DNA of 64,000 nt, taken from assembly GCA_038087875.1 (NCBI GenBank), contig CM075991.1, positions 13,456,001-13,520,000 of the forward strand. Reading direction: 5' to 3'. How positions within the stretch are numbered: the first letter of the stretch is position 1; each line of letters begins with the position of its first letter. Position numbers and translations under genes: made by a program. Below the pieces are notes generated by a model that was not told the DNA's origin, did no database searches, and saw only the letters and a list, made by a program, of their open reading frames with translations. Source of the stretch: Malacoraja senta (lineage: Eukaryota). Below, piece by piece: positions 63,105 through 64,000 of this stretch.

Positions 63105-63670
63105 ATTGAGTTTAGTTTATTATGATCACGTGTACTGAAGTATATTTTGTTGTGTGCTATCCAGTCAGCGGAAAGACTATACATGATACATAGTGTACTG
63201 ATAAAGGGAATAATGTTTAGTGCAAGGTAATGTCCAATTAAAGATAGTCCATGGGTCACCAATGAGGTAGATGGGAGGTCAGGACCACTCTCTAGTTGGT
63301 GAGAAGACGGTTCAGTTGCCTGATAACAGCCGGGAAGAAACTGTCCCTGAATCTGGAGGTGAGTGTTTTCACACTTCTGTACCTCTTGCCTGATGGGAGA
63401 GGGAGGAAGTGGGAGTGACCAGGGTGAGACTGGTCCTTGATGTGGCTGCTGGCCTTGCCGAGGCAGCGTGAGGTGTAGATGGACTCAGTGGAAGGGAGGT
63501 TGGTTTGTGTGATGGTCTGGGCTGCGTCCACAATTTCTTGTGGTGGAGCTGTTTCCAAACCAAGCTGTGATGCGTCCCAATAAAATGCTTTCTATGGTGC
63601 ATCTGTATAAGTTGGTGAGGGTTGTTGGGGACATGCTGAACTTCCTAAGTCTTCTGAGGAAGTAGAGGCC
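63105..63670 (-). mobile_element. Rex1-like LINE 3' fragment
   Basis: HPGHSHFLPLPSGKRYRSVKTLTSRFRDSFFPAVIRQLN. Confidence 0.85.
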
Positions 63671-64000
63671 TTGGATAGCTGTCGATTTCCTGTCTCAGTG
63701 GAAATGAAACCAAATATTTCCTGAGATTATTCAGTGCCACCATGTTAAACCCACCCCGCACTGACCAGCTGGACAGGAGCCATGGTTACCTGCTGACCAT
63801 TCACATCTGGTGCTGAGGGTGTGGTCCAATCCGAGGGAGGAAAAATCTCTTCTGTAGCAGGTGTAACGATCAACAACCTGCATTTACATAGCGCCTGAGG
63901 CAGAGCAAAGCATCCCATGGTCCTTGATAGGAATGTATAACACCAGGCATGTGAGATGGCCCAGAGGTTGGTCAAAGTGCCAGCTTTCAGGAGAGTTTAT

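Overview
Vertebrate genomic DNA, most likely a cartilaginous fish (skate/ray-like). This rests on the repeat landscape (HER1-like CR1 LINEs, V-domain tRNA SINEs, abundant Penelope-terminus fragments) and is inference without a database search. Two host genes are recognisable, each by its first coding exon. FIGLA (bHLH oocyte factor) lies on the - strand at 2184-2483 and runs off the left edge. HK2 (hexokinase 2) lies on the + strand at 56575-56637 and runs off the right edge. FIGLA has a ZNF143/NRF1-type CpG promoter that looks bidirectional, and several + strand candidate exons follow it. Most of the ~54 kb between the genes is repeat: CR1, Rex1-like, RTE, L1, Crack/L2-like, Penelope and Vingi-like elements, Harbinger-type MITEs, SINEs and two minisatellites. 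The most unusual part is 20-41 kb. A CpG-rich TATA/CCAAT/E2F promoter at ~39.65-39.9 kb (- strand) heads a compact exon-like unit I cannot identify. Pieces of that unit recur several times downstream in both orientations, forming long inverted repeats. The region also holds duplicated Harbinger-like elements with telomere-repeat-containing internal inverted repeats. Two self-cleaving-ribozyme signatures are visible: a near-complete HDV-like fold at 54992-55044 and minimal hammerhead cores in Penelope-derived repeats. The 4.1 kb repeat flanking the 200-N gap (25396-25595) is probably an assembly artefact. Boundaries of degenerate repeats are approximate.
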